Shown: in pieces, positions 29,935-39,377 of the stretch | Layout: the number at the start of each line of letters is the position of its first letter | Numbering within the stretch: the stretch's first letter is position 1 | NCBI GenBank assembly: GCA_041746255.1 | Contig: JBGTHM010000019.1 | Span: 90,107 to 154,106, forward strand | Origin: Fibrobacteria bacterium | GTDB lineage: Bacteria; Fibrobacterota; Fibrobacteria; UBA11236 | DNA length: 64,000 nucleotides | Reading direction: 5' to 3' | Position numbers and translations under genes: made by a program | Notes under the pieces: generated by a model | What the model saw: only the letters and a program-made list of their open reading frames with translations | Databases searched by the model: none | What the model was told of the DNA's origin: nothing

Positions 29935-31356
29935 ATGTACCGTGCCATGTTGTTCGGAGCAGTAATATTACCGATGGTTTTCTTGAATCCGGTCGAAGCC
30001 GCATTTAAACGCTGGGTTCCTTCGGCCGATCTGACTACGGCGCCGCAAACTATTTCAGCGACGGGTTTCTATACCAATATTGCTACGCAACAGGTTACGA
30101 GTGAAGCGGTGTATTTTGAAGTGAACTCCGCTTTATGGAGTGATCATGCTAAGAAAAAGCGATGGATCATCCTGCCTGCCGGTCAAAAGATTACTTACAA
30201 CGACACCACCGATTTTTACGTCTATCCTGCGGGTACCTTTTTCATCAAAAACTTCTATCACGAAACCGTTCCAGGCGATGCCTCGACCCAGCGGATATGG
30301 GAAACCCGTATTCTGGTCAACAAAACGAGTGAATCCGATGCCACCCATCAGGAATGGTTCGGATACAGCTATAGGTGGAAACGCAATGGTTCGGACGCGG
30401 ATTTGGTCAAGGGTGATGCCGAGAGGGATACCTTGCATTTCTATCCGAATGGACTGGGAGCCGCATCCAAAGTCAGAAAGTGGGAGTTTCCCAGTTCCCA
30501 AAATTGCAATCAATGCCATGTCACCGGGGCAGACTACTTCGACTTGAAAACCAGGTCGGTCCTGGGCTTTTTCCCGGCTCAACAGAACATGCCGGCTCCC
30601 CTGCAGCCCGCCATCAATCAATTGATCTACCTTTTCAATAAGGGAGTTTTCAATTTGCAGCCGGACCCAGCCAAGGCGGCCCGTTGGTACGCCATCGATG
30701 ATGAATCCGCGCCTCTGGATAATCGGGCGCGGGCCTATATCGCCGCCAATTGCTCCGGCTGCCATGGAGCCCGTGGCATCGAAAATGGGCTTATCGAAGG
30801 TCAAGAACTCAATTATGATTTCCATACCGGAACGCCCGCCATGGAGTTCCGGGATCGCTACTTAACCTACGACTATGGAATAGACAACTCCAAGCTGGTA
30901 GTTGCCGGAGCTCCGGAAAAATCCATCATCCTCCATCGTCAAAAACTGCGCAAACCCGACTATGTACCATCGGGATTACCCTTTGCAGATGACGAAGAGA
31001 ATTTCGACCCTCTCTGGTCGCAGCAAATGCCGCCATTGGCGGTGTACGAGGAGGATACGACCGCCGTGCGTTTCCTGACCCAATGGATTAGCGGAATGGA
31101 GCCACTTCCGGCTTCCATACACGGACATCGCGCACCGTCGGTCTTTCAGAAGCCGGTATTACAGAATCGCCATCTTTACCTGCCCGCAGATCTGGTGTCC
31201 AAGCCCGGCCTTGCCGTGCAGGTGGTTGATGTCTCCGGTCGCAAGGTAGCCGTGGAAAAAATGGGTGAGGGCGTCTACCGTCTGGCCGCGTCGCTGCCGC
31301 GGGGATTATACCTATTCAAAGTGGGGAATCTCAGCTTTACGCATTACATCTTTTGA
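29935..31356 (+). CDS. Secreted dihaem c-type cytochrome (SO2930-like) with T9SS-like C-terminal domain, paralog 1
   Basis: Signal peptide; VNSALWSDHAKKKRWI; WETRIL; CNQCH; ARAYIAANCSGCH; MPPLA; CTD DVSGRKV...LPRGLYLFKV. Confidence 0.75.
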   Translation: MYRAMLFGAVILPMVFLNPVEAAFKRWVPSADLTTAPQTISATGFYTNIATQQVTSEAVYFEVNSALWSDHAKKKRWIILPAGQKITYNDTTDFYVYPAGTFFIKNFYHETVPGDASTQRIWETRILVNKTSESDATHQEWFGYSYRWKRNGSDADLVKGDAERDTLHFYPNGLGAASKVRKWEFPSSQNCNQCHVTGADYFDLKTRSVLGFFPAQQNMPAPLQPAINQLIYLFNKGVFNLQPDPAKAARWYAIDDESAPLDNRARAYIAANCSGCHGARGIENGLIEGQELNYDFHTGTPAMEFRDRYLTYDYGIDNSKLVVAGAPEKSIILHRQKLRKPDYVPSGLPFADDEENFDPLWSQQMPPLAVYEEDTTAVRFLTQWISGMEPLPASIHGHRAPSVFQKPVLQNRHLYLPADLVSKPGLAVQVVDVSGRKVAVEKMGEGVYRLAASLPRGLYLFKVGNLSFTHYIF

Positions 31357-31443
31357 TTTTTTTCGATGGATAATTTGGAAAGATACCATCATAATAGTGA
31401 ACGCTGGTTTTGGTCCAAGTCTTTAAGAGGAGAGAAAAAACCT

Positions 31444-32841
31444 ATGAAACGTGGCATGCTTTTCGGAGCGATGTTATTCCCGATTGCGTTGTTGAATTCC
31501 GCTGATGCTGCTTTCAAGCCTTGGACTCCATCGGAGGATTTGACCACCGCGCCGCAAACCATTTCGGCGACGGGTTTCTATACCAATATCGCCACGCAGG
31601 CGGTTACACCCGAGGCGGTTTATTTCGAGGTGAACTCCGCTTTGTGGAGCGACCATGCCAAGAAAAAGCGGTGGATTATCCTGCCCGCGGGAAAAAAGGT
31701 GACTTATAACGACAGCACCGATTTTTACGATTATCCTGAGGGCACCTATTTCATTAAAAACTTCTATCACGAAATCGTTCCGGGAGATGCCGCGACCCTG
31801 CGGATTTGGGAAACCCGTATTCTGGTGAACAAAGTAGACGCACAGGATTTAGACCATCAGAATTGGTACGGATATAGCTACAAGTGGAGACCAAATGGAT
31901 TGAACGCCGATTTGGTGGTGGGAGAGGATGGACTGGACGACACCTTGCATTTTTTTCCGAATGGAAAATCAGCGGCCGCCAAAGTTCGGAAATGGAAGTT
32001 CCCCGGCGCTGCCGCATGCAATACTTGCCACGGCACGGAAAATACCGGTAGTGAATTAAAGCCCCGTTCCGTTCTGGGATTTTTCCCGGCCCAACAGAAT
32101 ATGCCGGCCCCCTTGCAGCCCGCCATCAATCAATTGGTCTATCTTTTCAACAAAGGGGTATTCGATCGCCAACCGAACCCTGCCCTGGCGCCCCGTTGGT
32201 ATGCCATCGACGATGAGTCCGCGCTTATCGATAATCGGGCGCGGGCCTATATCGCCTCAAATTGCTCCGGTTGCCATGGCGAGAGGGGAATTCAAAGCAA
32301 TCTGGCTCAAGGCGTATATGTGAAATATGATTTCCATACCGGTGTGCCGGCGATGGAATTACAGGATTACCAAATGGGCGATGATTTCGGTATCCCTGGG
32401 GCAAGGCTGTTGGTAGCGGGTGAACCCGAAAAATCGCTTATTCTGTATCGTCAAACAGTACGCAATCCGGATTTTGACCCCACGGCGGAGTTCGGAAACT
32501 TTGACCTGATGGGGGACCAAATGCCCCCCATAGCGGTGTTCGAACAGGACACCACCGCGATAAAATATCTGACCCAATGGATAAGCCAATTGCCCGTCGC
32601 CTCCATCGCACGTCGCGCGCCATCCGTATTCCAAAAGCCGGTATTGCAAAACCGCCAACTATTCCTCCCTGCCGATTTGGCCGCCAAGCCCGGGCTCAAC
32701 CTGCAGGTTATCGATGCCGCCGGCCGCAAAGTGGCCGTGGAGAAAGTGGGGGACGGGGTATATCGACTGGCGGCTTCGCTGCCTCGCGGTTTATACATCT
32801 TTAAAGCCGGGAACCTGAGTTTTACGCACTATCTTTTCTAA
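31444..32841 (+). CDS. Secreted dihaem c-type cytochrome, paralog 2
   Basis: Start reassigned to ATG 31444 (RBS GAGGAG, aligns with paralogs); CNTCH, CSGCH, MPPIA; same CTD. Confidence 0.75.
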   Translation: MKRGMLFGAMLFPIALLNSADAAFKPWTPSEDLTTAPQTISATGFYTNIATQAVTPEAVYFEVNSALWSDHAKKKRWIILPAGKKVTYNDSTDFYDYPEGTYFIKNFYHEIVPGDAATLRIWETRILVNKVDAQDLDHQNWYGYSYKWRPNGLNADLVVGEDGLDDTLHFFPNGKSAAAKVRKWKFPGAAACNTCHGTENTGSELKPRSVLGFFPAQQNMPAPLQPAINQLVYLFNKGVFDRQPNPALAPRWYAIDDESALIDNRARAYIASNCSGCHGERGIQSNLAQGVYVKYDFHTGVPAMELQDYQMGDDFGIPGARLLVAGEPEKSLILYRQTVRNPDFDPTAEFGNFDLMGDQMPPIAVFEQDTTAIKYLTQWISQLPVASIARRAPSVFQKPVLQNRQLFLPADLAAKPGLNLQVIDAAGRKVAVEKVGDGVYRLAASLPRGLYIFKAGNLSFTHYLF

Positions 32842-32892
32842 TGAAGCCGAGTTTAGCTATACCTTGAATCCATAAAAGGAGTGAACCGAATT

Positions 32893-34290
32893 ATGAAGCG
32901 TGCCATGTTGTTCGCAGCAGTACTATTGCCGATTGCCCTATTGAATCCGGCCGATGCCGCCTTCAAGCCTTGGGTTCTTTCGAATGACTTAACCACAGCG
33001 CCGCAAACCCTTTCGGCGACGGGTTTCTATACCAATATTGGAACAAAAACGGTGACCCCTGAGGCGGTTTATTTCGAGGTGAACTCCGCTTTGTGGAGCG
33101 ATCACGCTAAGAAAAAGCGATGGATTATTCTGCCCGCCGGAAAAAAAGTGACTTATGACGACAGCACCGATTTTTACGAGTACCCCGAGGGTACCTACCT
33201 CATCAAGAACTTCTATCACGAAATCGTTCCGGGTGACGCCTCGACCGAACGGATATGGGAAACCCGTATTCTCGCCAACAAAGATGAGGAAGGTGGTGTT
33301 CAGAATTGGTTCGGTTACAGCTATAGGTGGAGAGCCAACGGGTCGGACGCCGATTTGGTAGTGGATGACAATGGAATATTCGATACGCTGCGCTATTATC
33401 CGAATGGAATGGGGGCGGCCTCCAAGATTCGGAAATGGACATTCCCAAGTGCCCGAGCCTGCAATGATTGCCACAACTCCATTGACTTTGGTACCGGTGA
33501 AAAGACACGCTCGGTGCTGGGTTTCTTTCCCGCGCAGCAAAATAAACCAGCCCCTTTACAGCCGGCCATTAACCAATTGGTTTATCTGTTCAACAAGGGT
33601 GTATTCGATCGGCAGCCGGACCCCGCTAAGGCGCCCCGTTGGTATGCCATCGATGATGAATCCGGGCCTCTGGATAATCGGGCGCGGGCCTATATCGCCT
33701 CGAACTGTTCCGGCTGTCACGGAACCCGGGCGGTTACGGTTGGCGTAGTACCCTGGACCGACGTAAACTACGACTTTCATAGGGGAGTGCCAGAGATTGA
33801 ATTCCAAAACTTTCAGATAATGGATAACTTCGGCATCGAAGACGCGAAATTGGTATACGCCGGTTATCCGGAAAAGTCGACCCTACTCCATCGGCAAATT
33901 GTGCGTGCGCCGGAATATAATGTCGACTCATCAATATATTGGAATTCAGATAGACCGGCGGAAACCATGCCACCTTTGGCTGTTTTCGAACAGGATACTA
34001 CTGCGATCAAATACCTTTCGCAATGGATTAAGGAAATGCCTCCGGTAGCATCCATTGCCCGTCGCACCCCCTCGGTGTTCCAAAAGCCGGTATTGCAAAA
34101 CCGCCACCTTTTCCTGCCCGCAGATTTGGCATCCAAGCCCGGTTTTAACCTACAAGTTATCGATGCCTCCGGTCGGAAAGTCGCCGTGGATAAAGTGGGT
34201 GAAGGGGTTTACCGGCTTTCGACTTCGCTGCCGCGCGGATTGTATATCTTCCGAGCCGGTAACGTCAGTTTCACGCATTATCTTTTCTAA
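32893..34290 (+). CDS. Secreted dihaem c-type cytochrome, paralog 3
   Basis: Start ATG 32893 aligns with paralogs; CNDCH, CSGCH, MPPLA; same CTD. Confidence 0.75.
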   Translation: MKRAMLFAAVLLPIALLNPADAAFKPWVLSNDLTTAPQTLSATGFYTNIGTKTVTPEAVYFEVNSALWSDHAKKKRWIILPAGKKVTYDDSTDFYEYPEGTYLIKNFYHEIVPGDASTERIWETRILANKDEEGGVQNWFGYSYRWRANGSDADLVVDDNGIFDTLRYYPNGMGAASKIRKWTFPSARACNDCHNSIDFGTGEKTRSVLGFFPAQQNKPAPLQPAINQLVYLFNKGVFDRQPDPAKAPRWYAIDDESGPLDNRARAYIASNCSGCHGTRAVTVGVVPWTDVNYDFHRGVPEIEFQNFQIMDNFGIEDAKLVYAGYPEKSTLLHRQIVRAPEYNVDSSIYWNSDRPAETMPPLAVFEQDTTAIKYLSQWIKEMPPVASIARRTPSVFQKPVLQNRHLFLPADLASKPGFNLQVIDASGRKVAVDKVGEGVYRLSTSLPRGLYIFRAGNVSFTHYLF

Positions 34291-34317
34291 GCCCCTGAGA
34301 ATGAATTTGGCTTGGGC

Positions 34318-34352
34318 AAAGGCTCTGCGTATCGCAGGGCCTTTACTTTTTT
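34318..34352 (+). terminator. Intrinsic terminator after the cytochrome triplet
   Basis: AAAGGCTCTGCG-TAT-CGCAGGGCCTTT hairpin followed by ACTTTTTT. Confidence 0.75.
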
Positions 34353-34380
34353 AACATGCCCGCTTGATTGGGAGTAGAGG

Positions 34381-35247
34381 ATGAATCCAGAAAAAATCCA
34401 GACGCTGTTGGCACAATGGCTTTCGTCCCGACTTAAGCCTGAGTCAATGCAATGGCTGCGGGAAAAAGCCGCGGCCCTGAAAGCGGATGCTTCCGGAAAA
34501 GCCTTCTTTGCGATTTTCAGCGCGGCGGCAAGGCATGCGGGAAAGGAGACCTTGGCCTTATCGGCTACCGATCTGGCCTTCGCGCAGGACTTGGTCCCGG
34601 GATGGAATCCAGCGAATTGGACTTGCATTGAGGCGGCGCGTGCCCATATCCTGCTCGCCCTTCCCTATGAGCCAGCCGAAAATTATGCCCGAATCTTGGA
34701 CCAAGCCTTGGAAACCGCGGATTTGGGAGAAACCTTGGCTTTGCAAAAATCTTTGCCGCTATTACCGCATCCCCTCAAGCACTATGACCGGGCCTGCCTG
34801 GGAGCGCGTAGTAATATGAAGGCGGTATTCGAGGCCGTGGCCTTGGACAACCCCTTTCCGGCTCGATATTTCGACGAAGGCGCCTGGAATCAACTGGTGC
34901 TGAAGGCGATTTTCGTTGAGGCCCCCTTAAGACGGATATACGGAATTGATGAACGCGCGAATCCGATATTGGCGCGTATGCTGGTGGATTATGCCCATGA
35001 AAGATGGGCGGCTGGCCGAGTCATTACCCCGGAGCTGTGGCGCTCGGTGGGGCCTTTCGCGGATAAAAGTATGCTGGAAGATTTGCAAAAGGTGGTGGAA
35101 ACCGGTACATTACCGGAGAAACGTGCCGGAGCCTTGGCGCTTAAAGCCTGTCCGCTTCCGGAGGCCCAATCCCTGCTCAGCGCGCAGGGGGCTTGGGTGA
35201 AAGAAGTGGAAGAGGGAAGTATCAATTGGGAGAATCTGGAATCATGA
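34381..35247 (+). CDS. eboA: EboA domain protein
   Basis: RSNMKAVFEAVALDNPFPARYFDEGAWNQLVLKAIF...RMLVDYAHERWAAGR. Confidence 0.92.
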   Translation: MNPEKIQTLLAQWLSSRLKPESMQWLREKAAALKADASGKAFFAIFSAAARHAGKETLALSATDLAFAQDLVPGWNPANWTCIEAARAHILLALPYEPAENYARILDQALETADLGETLALQKSLPLLPHPLKHYDRACLGARSNMKAVFEAVALDNPFPARYFDEGAWNQLVLKAIFVEAPLRRIYGIDERANPILARMLVDYAHERWAAGRVITPELWRSVGPFADKSMLEDLQKVVETGTLPEKRAGALALKACPLPEAQSLLSAQGAWVKEVEEGSINWENLES

Positions 35248-36161
35248 GCCAAAACGGGAAAAAATTACGCATAATAGACCCCCATATCCACATGGTGTCC
35301 CGCACCACGGACGACTACCAGGCCATGGCGGCCGCGGGTGTGGTCGCCGTAATCGAGCCGGCCTTTTGGGTTGGCCAGCCCCGTACCAATATCGGTTCAT
35401 TCAAGGATTATTTCGCCTCATTGGTCGGGTGGGAACGTTTCCGCGCCTCCCAGTTCGGCATCCGCCATTATTGCACAATAGGCCTTAACTCGAAAGAGGC
35501 CAATAACGAAGCCTTGGCCGAAGAAGTGATGGATTTGATTCCCCGGTTTGCGGGCAAAGAAGGAGTCGTGGCCATAGGAGAGATCGGTTACGATGAGATG
35601 ACCAAGGCCGAAGAAAAGTATTTCCGAATCCAGCTCGACATGGCCAAAGATTTGGACATGCCGGTTATGATCCATACGCCCCATCGCAATAAAAAGGAAG
35701 GGACCCTGCGCAGCATGGACGTTTGTCTTGAGCAGGGATTGGCGCCGGGAAAAGTGGTCATCGATCATAACAATGAAGAAACCGCAAAGGAGGTTTTGGA
35801 CAGGGGCTTTTGGGCGGCGTTCACCCTGTACCCCAAAACCAAAATGGGAAGTCAACGCATGGTCGAGATTGTAAGGCGCTTCGGCTCGGAGCGAATCATC
35901 GCGGATTCCAGTGCGGACTGGGGGATAAGCGATCCGTTGGCGGTGCCCAAAACCGCACAGTTGATGCTGGATAGCGGCATACCTTTCGCGACGGTCGAAA
36001 AGGTCTGTTATGCGAACGCATTGGAAGTTTACGGGCAAAGCGGACAGTTCAACGAATCCGATTGGTTGGATGAGAAGAGCGTGGATCGCACCAGCCTATT
36101 CGAAGGCAATAGCGTATTGCGGGGTCAGCCTGAGAATGAAGATTCCAAATTAATCAAGTAA
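35244..36161 (+). CDS. eboB: TatD-family hydrolase EboB
   Basis: ATGA overlap with eboA; DPHIHMVSRTTDDY...EPAFWVGQPRT; HTPHRNK; DSSADWG. Confidence 0.92.
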   Translation: MSQNGKKLRIIDPHIHMVSRTTDDYQAMAAAGVVAVIEPAFWVGQPRTNIGSFKDYFASLVGWERFRASQFGIRHYCTIGLNSKEANNEALAEEVMDLIPRFAGKEGVVAIGEIGYDEMTKAEEKYFRIQLDMAKDLDMPVMIHTPHRNKKEGTLRSMDVCLEQGLAPGKVVIDHNNEETAKEVLDRGFWAAFTLYPKTKMGSQRMVEIVRRFGSERIIADSSADWGISDPLAVPKTAQLMLDSGIPFATVEKVCYANALEVYGQSGQFNESDWLDEKSVDRTSLFEGNSVLRGQPENEDSKLIK

Positions 36162-36190
36162 ACCGTAGCGCGACTTAACAACCGTATGGC

Positions 36191-39100
36191 CTAAGGCGCG
36201 CCTTCGTCCCGATTCCGTTTCGAGGCCCACTTCTCCTTTTTGTGCTCCCACCAATAATAAAAGGTGGGCACTGCCATCAAAACCAGGATGGTGTTGAATA
36301 CCAATCCCCAAAAAATCGCCCAAGCCATGGGCTTCCACCACATGGTGGTTTCGGATTTGAACACCGGCTCCAAATTGAAGAAATCGAACCCGATTCCGGT
36401 AGCCATGGGAAGCAATCCCAACATAGCGGTTACGGCGGTCAATATCACCGGGCGAAGACGCACCGAACCGCCTTCCAGAACCGCCTCCTTCAAAGGTACG
36501 CCCTCACGCCGCAATTGGTTGATGAAGTCGATAAGCACGATACCGTTCTTGGCCACAACGCCGGCCAAAGCGATAATACCGATTCCGGACATCATAATGG
36601 CGAAGGTCACATTCGACATAAGCAAACCCCAGAATACCCCGCCAATGGAAAGCACGATTCCTACGATAACCAGCAGAGGTTGGGAAACGGAATTAAACTG
36701 AAAAACCATGGTGAGAAATACCAGGGCGATGGCGATCAAGAAGGCTTGATTCAGGAATTCGGTGGTTTCATCCTGGTCTCGATTGCTGGATCCCGGGCGG
36801 ATGGAATATCCCGGAGGCACAAGCACTTTTTCCGCTTGAACCAAGGCGGCGGCCTTTGGGCCCGATTCATCCTTGACGCCGGGAGCCATTTCAGCCCATA
36901 CCTGCACGGTTCTTTCGCCGTCGAGATGCCGTATATTCGCCATGTTCGCCTGTTGGGTAACTTGAGCCACCGAGGAAAGGGGAATGAGCGCACCCTCAAA
37001 GGGAATGGTTATCTGGTCGAGTCCCGCGAAAGTTTCCCGCGTATCGGGATCCAGGCGGACCATAATATTATGTTCGTCGTCGCCGGTACGGAATTTTCCC
37101 GCTTCGATTCCGTGAATGGCTCCGCGAACCGCCATGGCGACATCGCTTGCGGATAGGCCCATGACCATGGCTTGATTCCTATCCACTTCGATGCGTAATT
37201 CCGGTTGCACCGGGTCGTAATCCCAATTGATATTCACCAATTGGGGAATAGTAGCAAGGCGTTTTTTCAGGCTGTCGGCAAGGAGGGCGATGCGCCCATA
37301 GTCGCTGCCGACCACTTCGAAGGAAACGGGAAATCCCTGGGGCGGGCCTTCCTGCTGTTTCTTGACGCGGACCCTCCAGCCCGGTAGTATGGCCGGGAGA
37401 TTTTTCTGCATCCAGAGCATGGAAATTTCGGATGAGACCTTGCGATCTTCATAGTCCGTGAAGGACACGTCGACATAGCCCCGATGGCTTTCGGGCGCCC
37501 TATCTCCCATGGCCATGTCTGCCTTTCCGAATCCGACCACACCGGACAAACTTTCCACATCGGCGGAATCCTTGGGCATGGCCATGAGTTTTCTTTCAAT
37601 GAGGGTAAGTGCGGAGTCGGTAATCCGATTATCGAGTCCCAGAGGACCCTCGATTTCAGCGGCCGCGACCTTCGGTTCGATATTGGGAAAGAAGACCACG
37701 CCCGAACCCAAAAACGCATACGCCAGAATGCCGCCGATGAGAAATAGGAAGCTGGCGAAGGCCACCAAAACAGGATGACCCAAGGTTCGCCCGAGCGCGC
37801 GTTTGTAGGTAAGCCGGATGCGCTCGAAGCGCTCACTTCCTTGACCTTCCATTTGTTTGGTGTCTTTGGCGGTCATGAATAAGGAGGCGAAAACCGGATT
37901 GAAAACAAAGGCAACGAATAGCGATCCGGTCAGGGTGACCGAAATGGTGATGGGAAGGTATTTCATGAATTCGCCCATCATGCCGGGCATGAATAAAATG
38001 GGCAGAAAGGCCACGATGGTGGTAAGTGTGGCGGTGGTTACGGGTAAGGCCACCTCACGTGTCCCTTCGATGGCCGCCTGTTTCCGCGGCTTTCCCATTT
38101 CCCGGTGGCGATAGATGTTTTCCACCACCACGATACCGTCGTCCACCAGCATGCCCAGCGCGATGACCAGGGAAAACAAAACCACCATGTTTAGGGTGAT
38201 ACCCATGATGTCGAGCACCAAAAAGCCCATCAGCATGGAAAAGGGAATCGCCGTGGAGATGAAAAAGCTGTTGCGGAAACCCAGGAAGAAGGAGATGAAT
38301 CCCACCACCAGAAAAAGCCCGGTTATGATATGATTCTGAAGCTCGTTCACCATGTGCCGGATTTGCACGGATTGATCGAAAGTGTAGTCCACGTTGGTTC
38401 CCTGGGGCCATTGGAGGCGGTGCTGCTCCACCAGTTTTTTGGCGCCGTCCACCACTTCGATGATATTGGTTCCCGTTCTTTTCGTAACGGATATGGCAAT
38501 GGAGTTTTTTCCGTTCAGCCTGAAAATCGTGCTACGATCGCGGGTATACCCGAAGTTCACCTCGGCCACGTCGCGAATGCGGACGGGACTGCCTTCGTGG
38601 CGGACGATGATGTCGCCGAACTTCTGGGGGTCGCGTATTTCGCCGGTCAACTGGATGGAGAAACGGTTCCCCCCTGCGCGCAGAGTACCTCCCGGCACAT
38701 TGCGATGTTGACCTTGCACGGCCTTGACGATGTCGTCGATACTGACATTGTATTGCAACAGTTTGGCGGGGTCGGCGTCGATGGCGATTTCCCGTTCCTG
38801 CTTACCCGTGAGCTGGGCATCGAGCACCCCGGGAACCCGGGAAATTTCGTCCCGCAAATTCTGGGAGACGCGTTCGAGTTTTTCTCCGGCATAATCGCCC
38901 GAAATGGAAATGACGAATATGGGGATGTTGGAAAAATTAAGTTCCTGGACCATGGGATCTTCCGCATCCGGAGGAAGTTCCCCCTTGGCCTCGTCCACTT
39001 TGTCCTTCACCCGCCGCAAGGCGGTCTCCACCGCCACATCCGGCACGAACTCGACTTGCAGGGCGGAACGTCCTTCGCTGCTTACGCTGGTGAGCTTTTT

Positions 39101-39325
39101 CAAACCGTCCAGGCCCTCGAGTTTATCTTCAAGCTTGTCGGTGACCAATCTTTCCATATCTTCGGGAGAAGCGCCCGGATAAATGACGTTCACGAAAATC
39201 AGGGGAATTTTGATTTCGGGAAAAGATTCGCGCGGCAACGCCTTGTACGACATGGTGCCGGCGATGATGAGAATAAGCGCCATCACCAAAACGGTGATGG
39301 GATTCCGGACGGCGAAACGGGTCAT
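36191..39325 (-). CDS. RND efflux permease (AcrB/AcrD/AcrF family)
   Basis: 1044 aa; GMLVDDGIVVVENI; KNGIVLIDF; RLRPVILT. Confidence 0.95.
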   Translation of the reverse strand: MTRFAVRNPITVLVMALILIIAGTMSYKALPRESFPEIKIPLIFVNVIYPGASPEDMERLVTDKLEDKLEGLDGLKKLTSVSSEGRSALQVEFVPDVAVETALRRVKDKVDEAKGELPPDAEDPMVQELNFSNIPIFVISISGDYAGEKLERVSQNLRDEISRVPGVLDAQLTGKQEREIAIDADPAKLLQYNVSIDDIVKAVQGQHRNVPGGTLRAGGNRFSIQLTGEIRDPQKFGDIIVRHEGSPVRIRDVAEVNFGYTRDRSTIFRLNGKNSIAISVTKRTGTNIIEVVDGAKKLVEQHRLQWPQGTNVDYTFDQSVQIRHMVNELQNHIITGLFLVVGFISFFLGFRNSFFISTAIPFSMLMGFLVLDIMGITLNMVVLFSLVIALGMLVDDGIVVVENIYRHREMGKPRKQAAIEGTREVALPVTTATLTTIVAFLPILFMPGMMGEFMKYLPITISVTLTGSLFVAFVFNPVFASLFMTAKDTKQMEGQGSERFERIRLTYKRALGRTLGHPVLVAFASFLFLIGGILAYAFLGSGVVFFPNIEPKVAAAEIEGPLGLDNRITDSALTLIERKLMAMPKDSADVESLSGVVGFGKADMAMGDRAPESHRGYVDVSFTDYEDRKVSSEISMLWMQKNLPAILPGWRVRVKKQQEGPPQGFPVSFEVVGSDYGRIALLADSLKKRLATIPQLVNINWDYDPVQPELRIEVDRNQAMVMGLSASDVAMAVRGAIHGIEAGKFRTGDDEHNIMVRLDPDTRETFAGLDQITIPFEGALIPLSSVAQVTQQANMANIRHLDGERTVQVWAEMAPGVKDESGPKAAALVQAEKVLVPPGYSIRPGSSNRDQDETTEFLNQAFLIAIALVFLTMVFQFNSVSQPLLVIVGIVLSIGGVFWGLLMSNVTFAIMMSGIGIIALAGVVAKNGIVLIDFINQLRREGVPLKEAVLEGGSVRLRPVILTAVTAMLGLLPMATGIGFDFFNLEPVFKSETTMWWKPMAWAIFWGLVFNTILVLMAVPTFYYWWEHKKEKWASKRNRDEGAP

Positions 39326-39377
39326 GGACTTCTCCTGTACATGCTATTCAGGCTGGGGACGAAATGGGAAAAATGGG

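Larger units (their letters stand above)
29935..34290 (+). repeat. Tandem triplication of a ~1.4-kb gene with near-identical nucleotide blocks
   Basis: Shared blocks such as GCGACGGGTTTCTATACCAATAT, GTGAACTCCGCTTT, TGGGAAACCCGTATTCT and GATAATCGGGCGCGGGCCTATATCGCC occur in all three copies. Confidence 0.9.

Noticed and set aside
29935..34290. CRISPR array or diversity-generating retroelement explaining the repeats
   Set aside because: The repeats are whole-gene paralogs; no short regularly spaced repeats, no reverse transcriptase, and no adenine-specific TR/VR pair seen.
22093..36161. Aminoglycoside (2-deoxystreptamine) biosynthetic cluster
   Set aside because: No DegT-type aminotransferase, DOIA dehydrogenase, dedicated glycosyltransferase or resistance gene near the cyclase.
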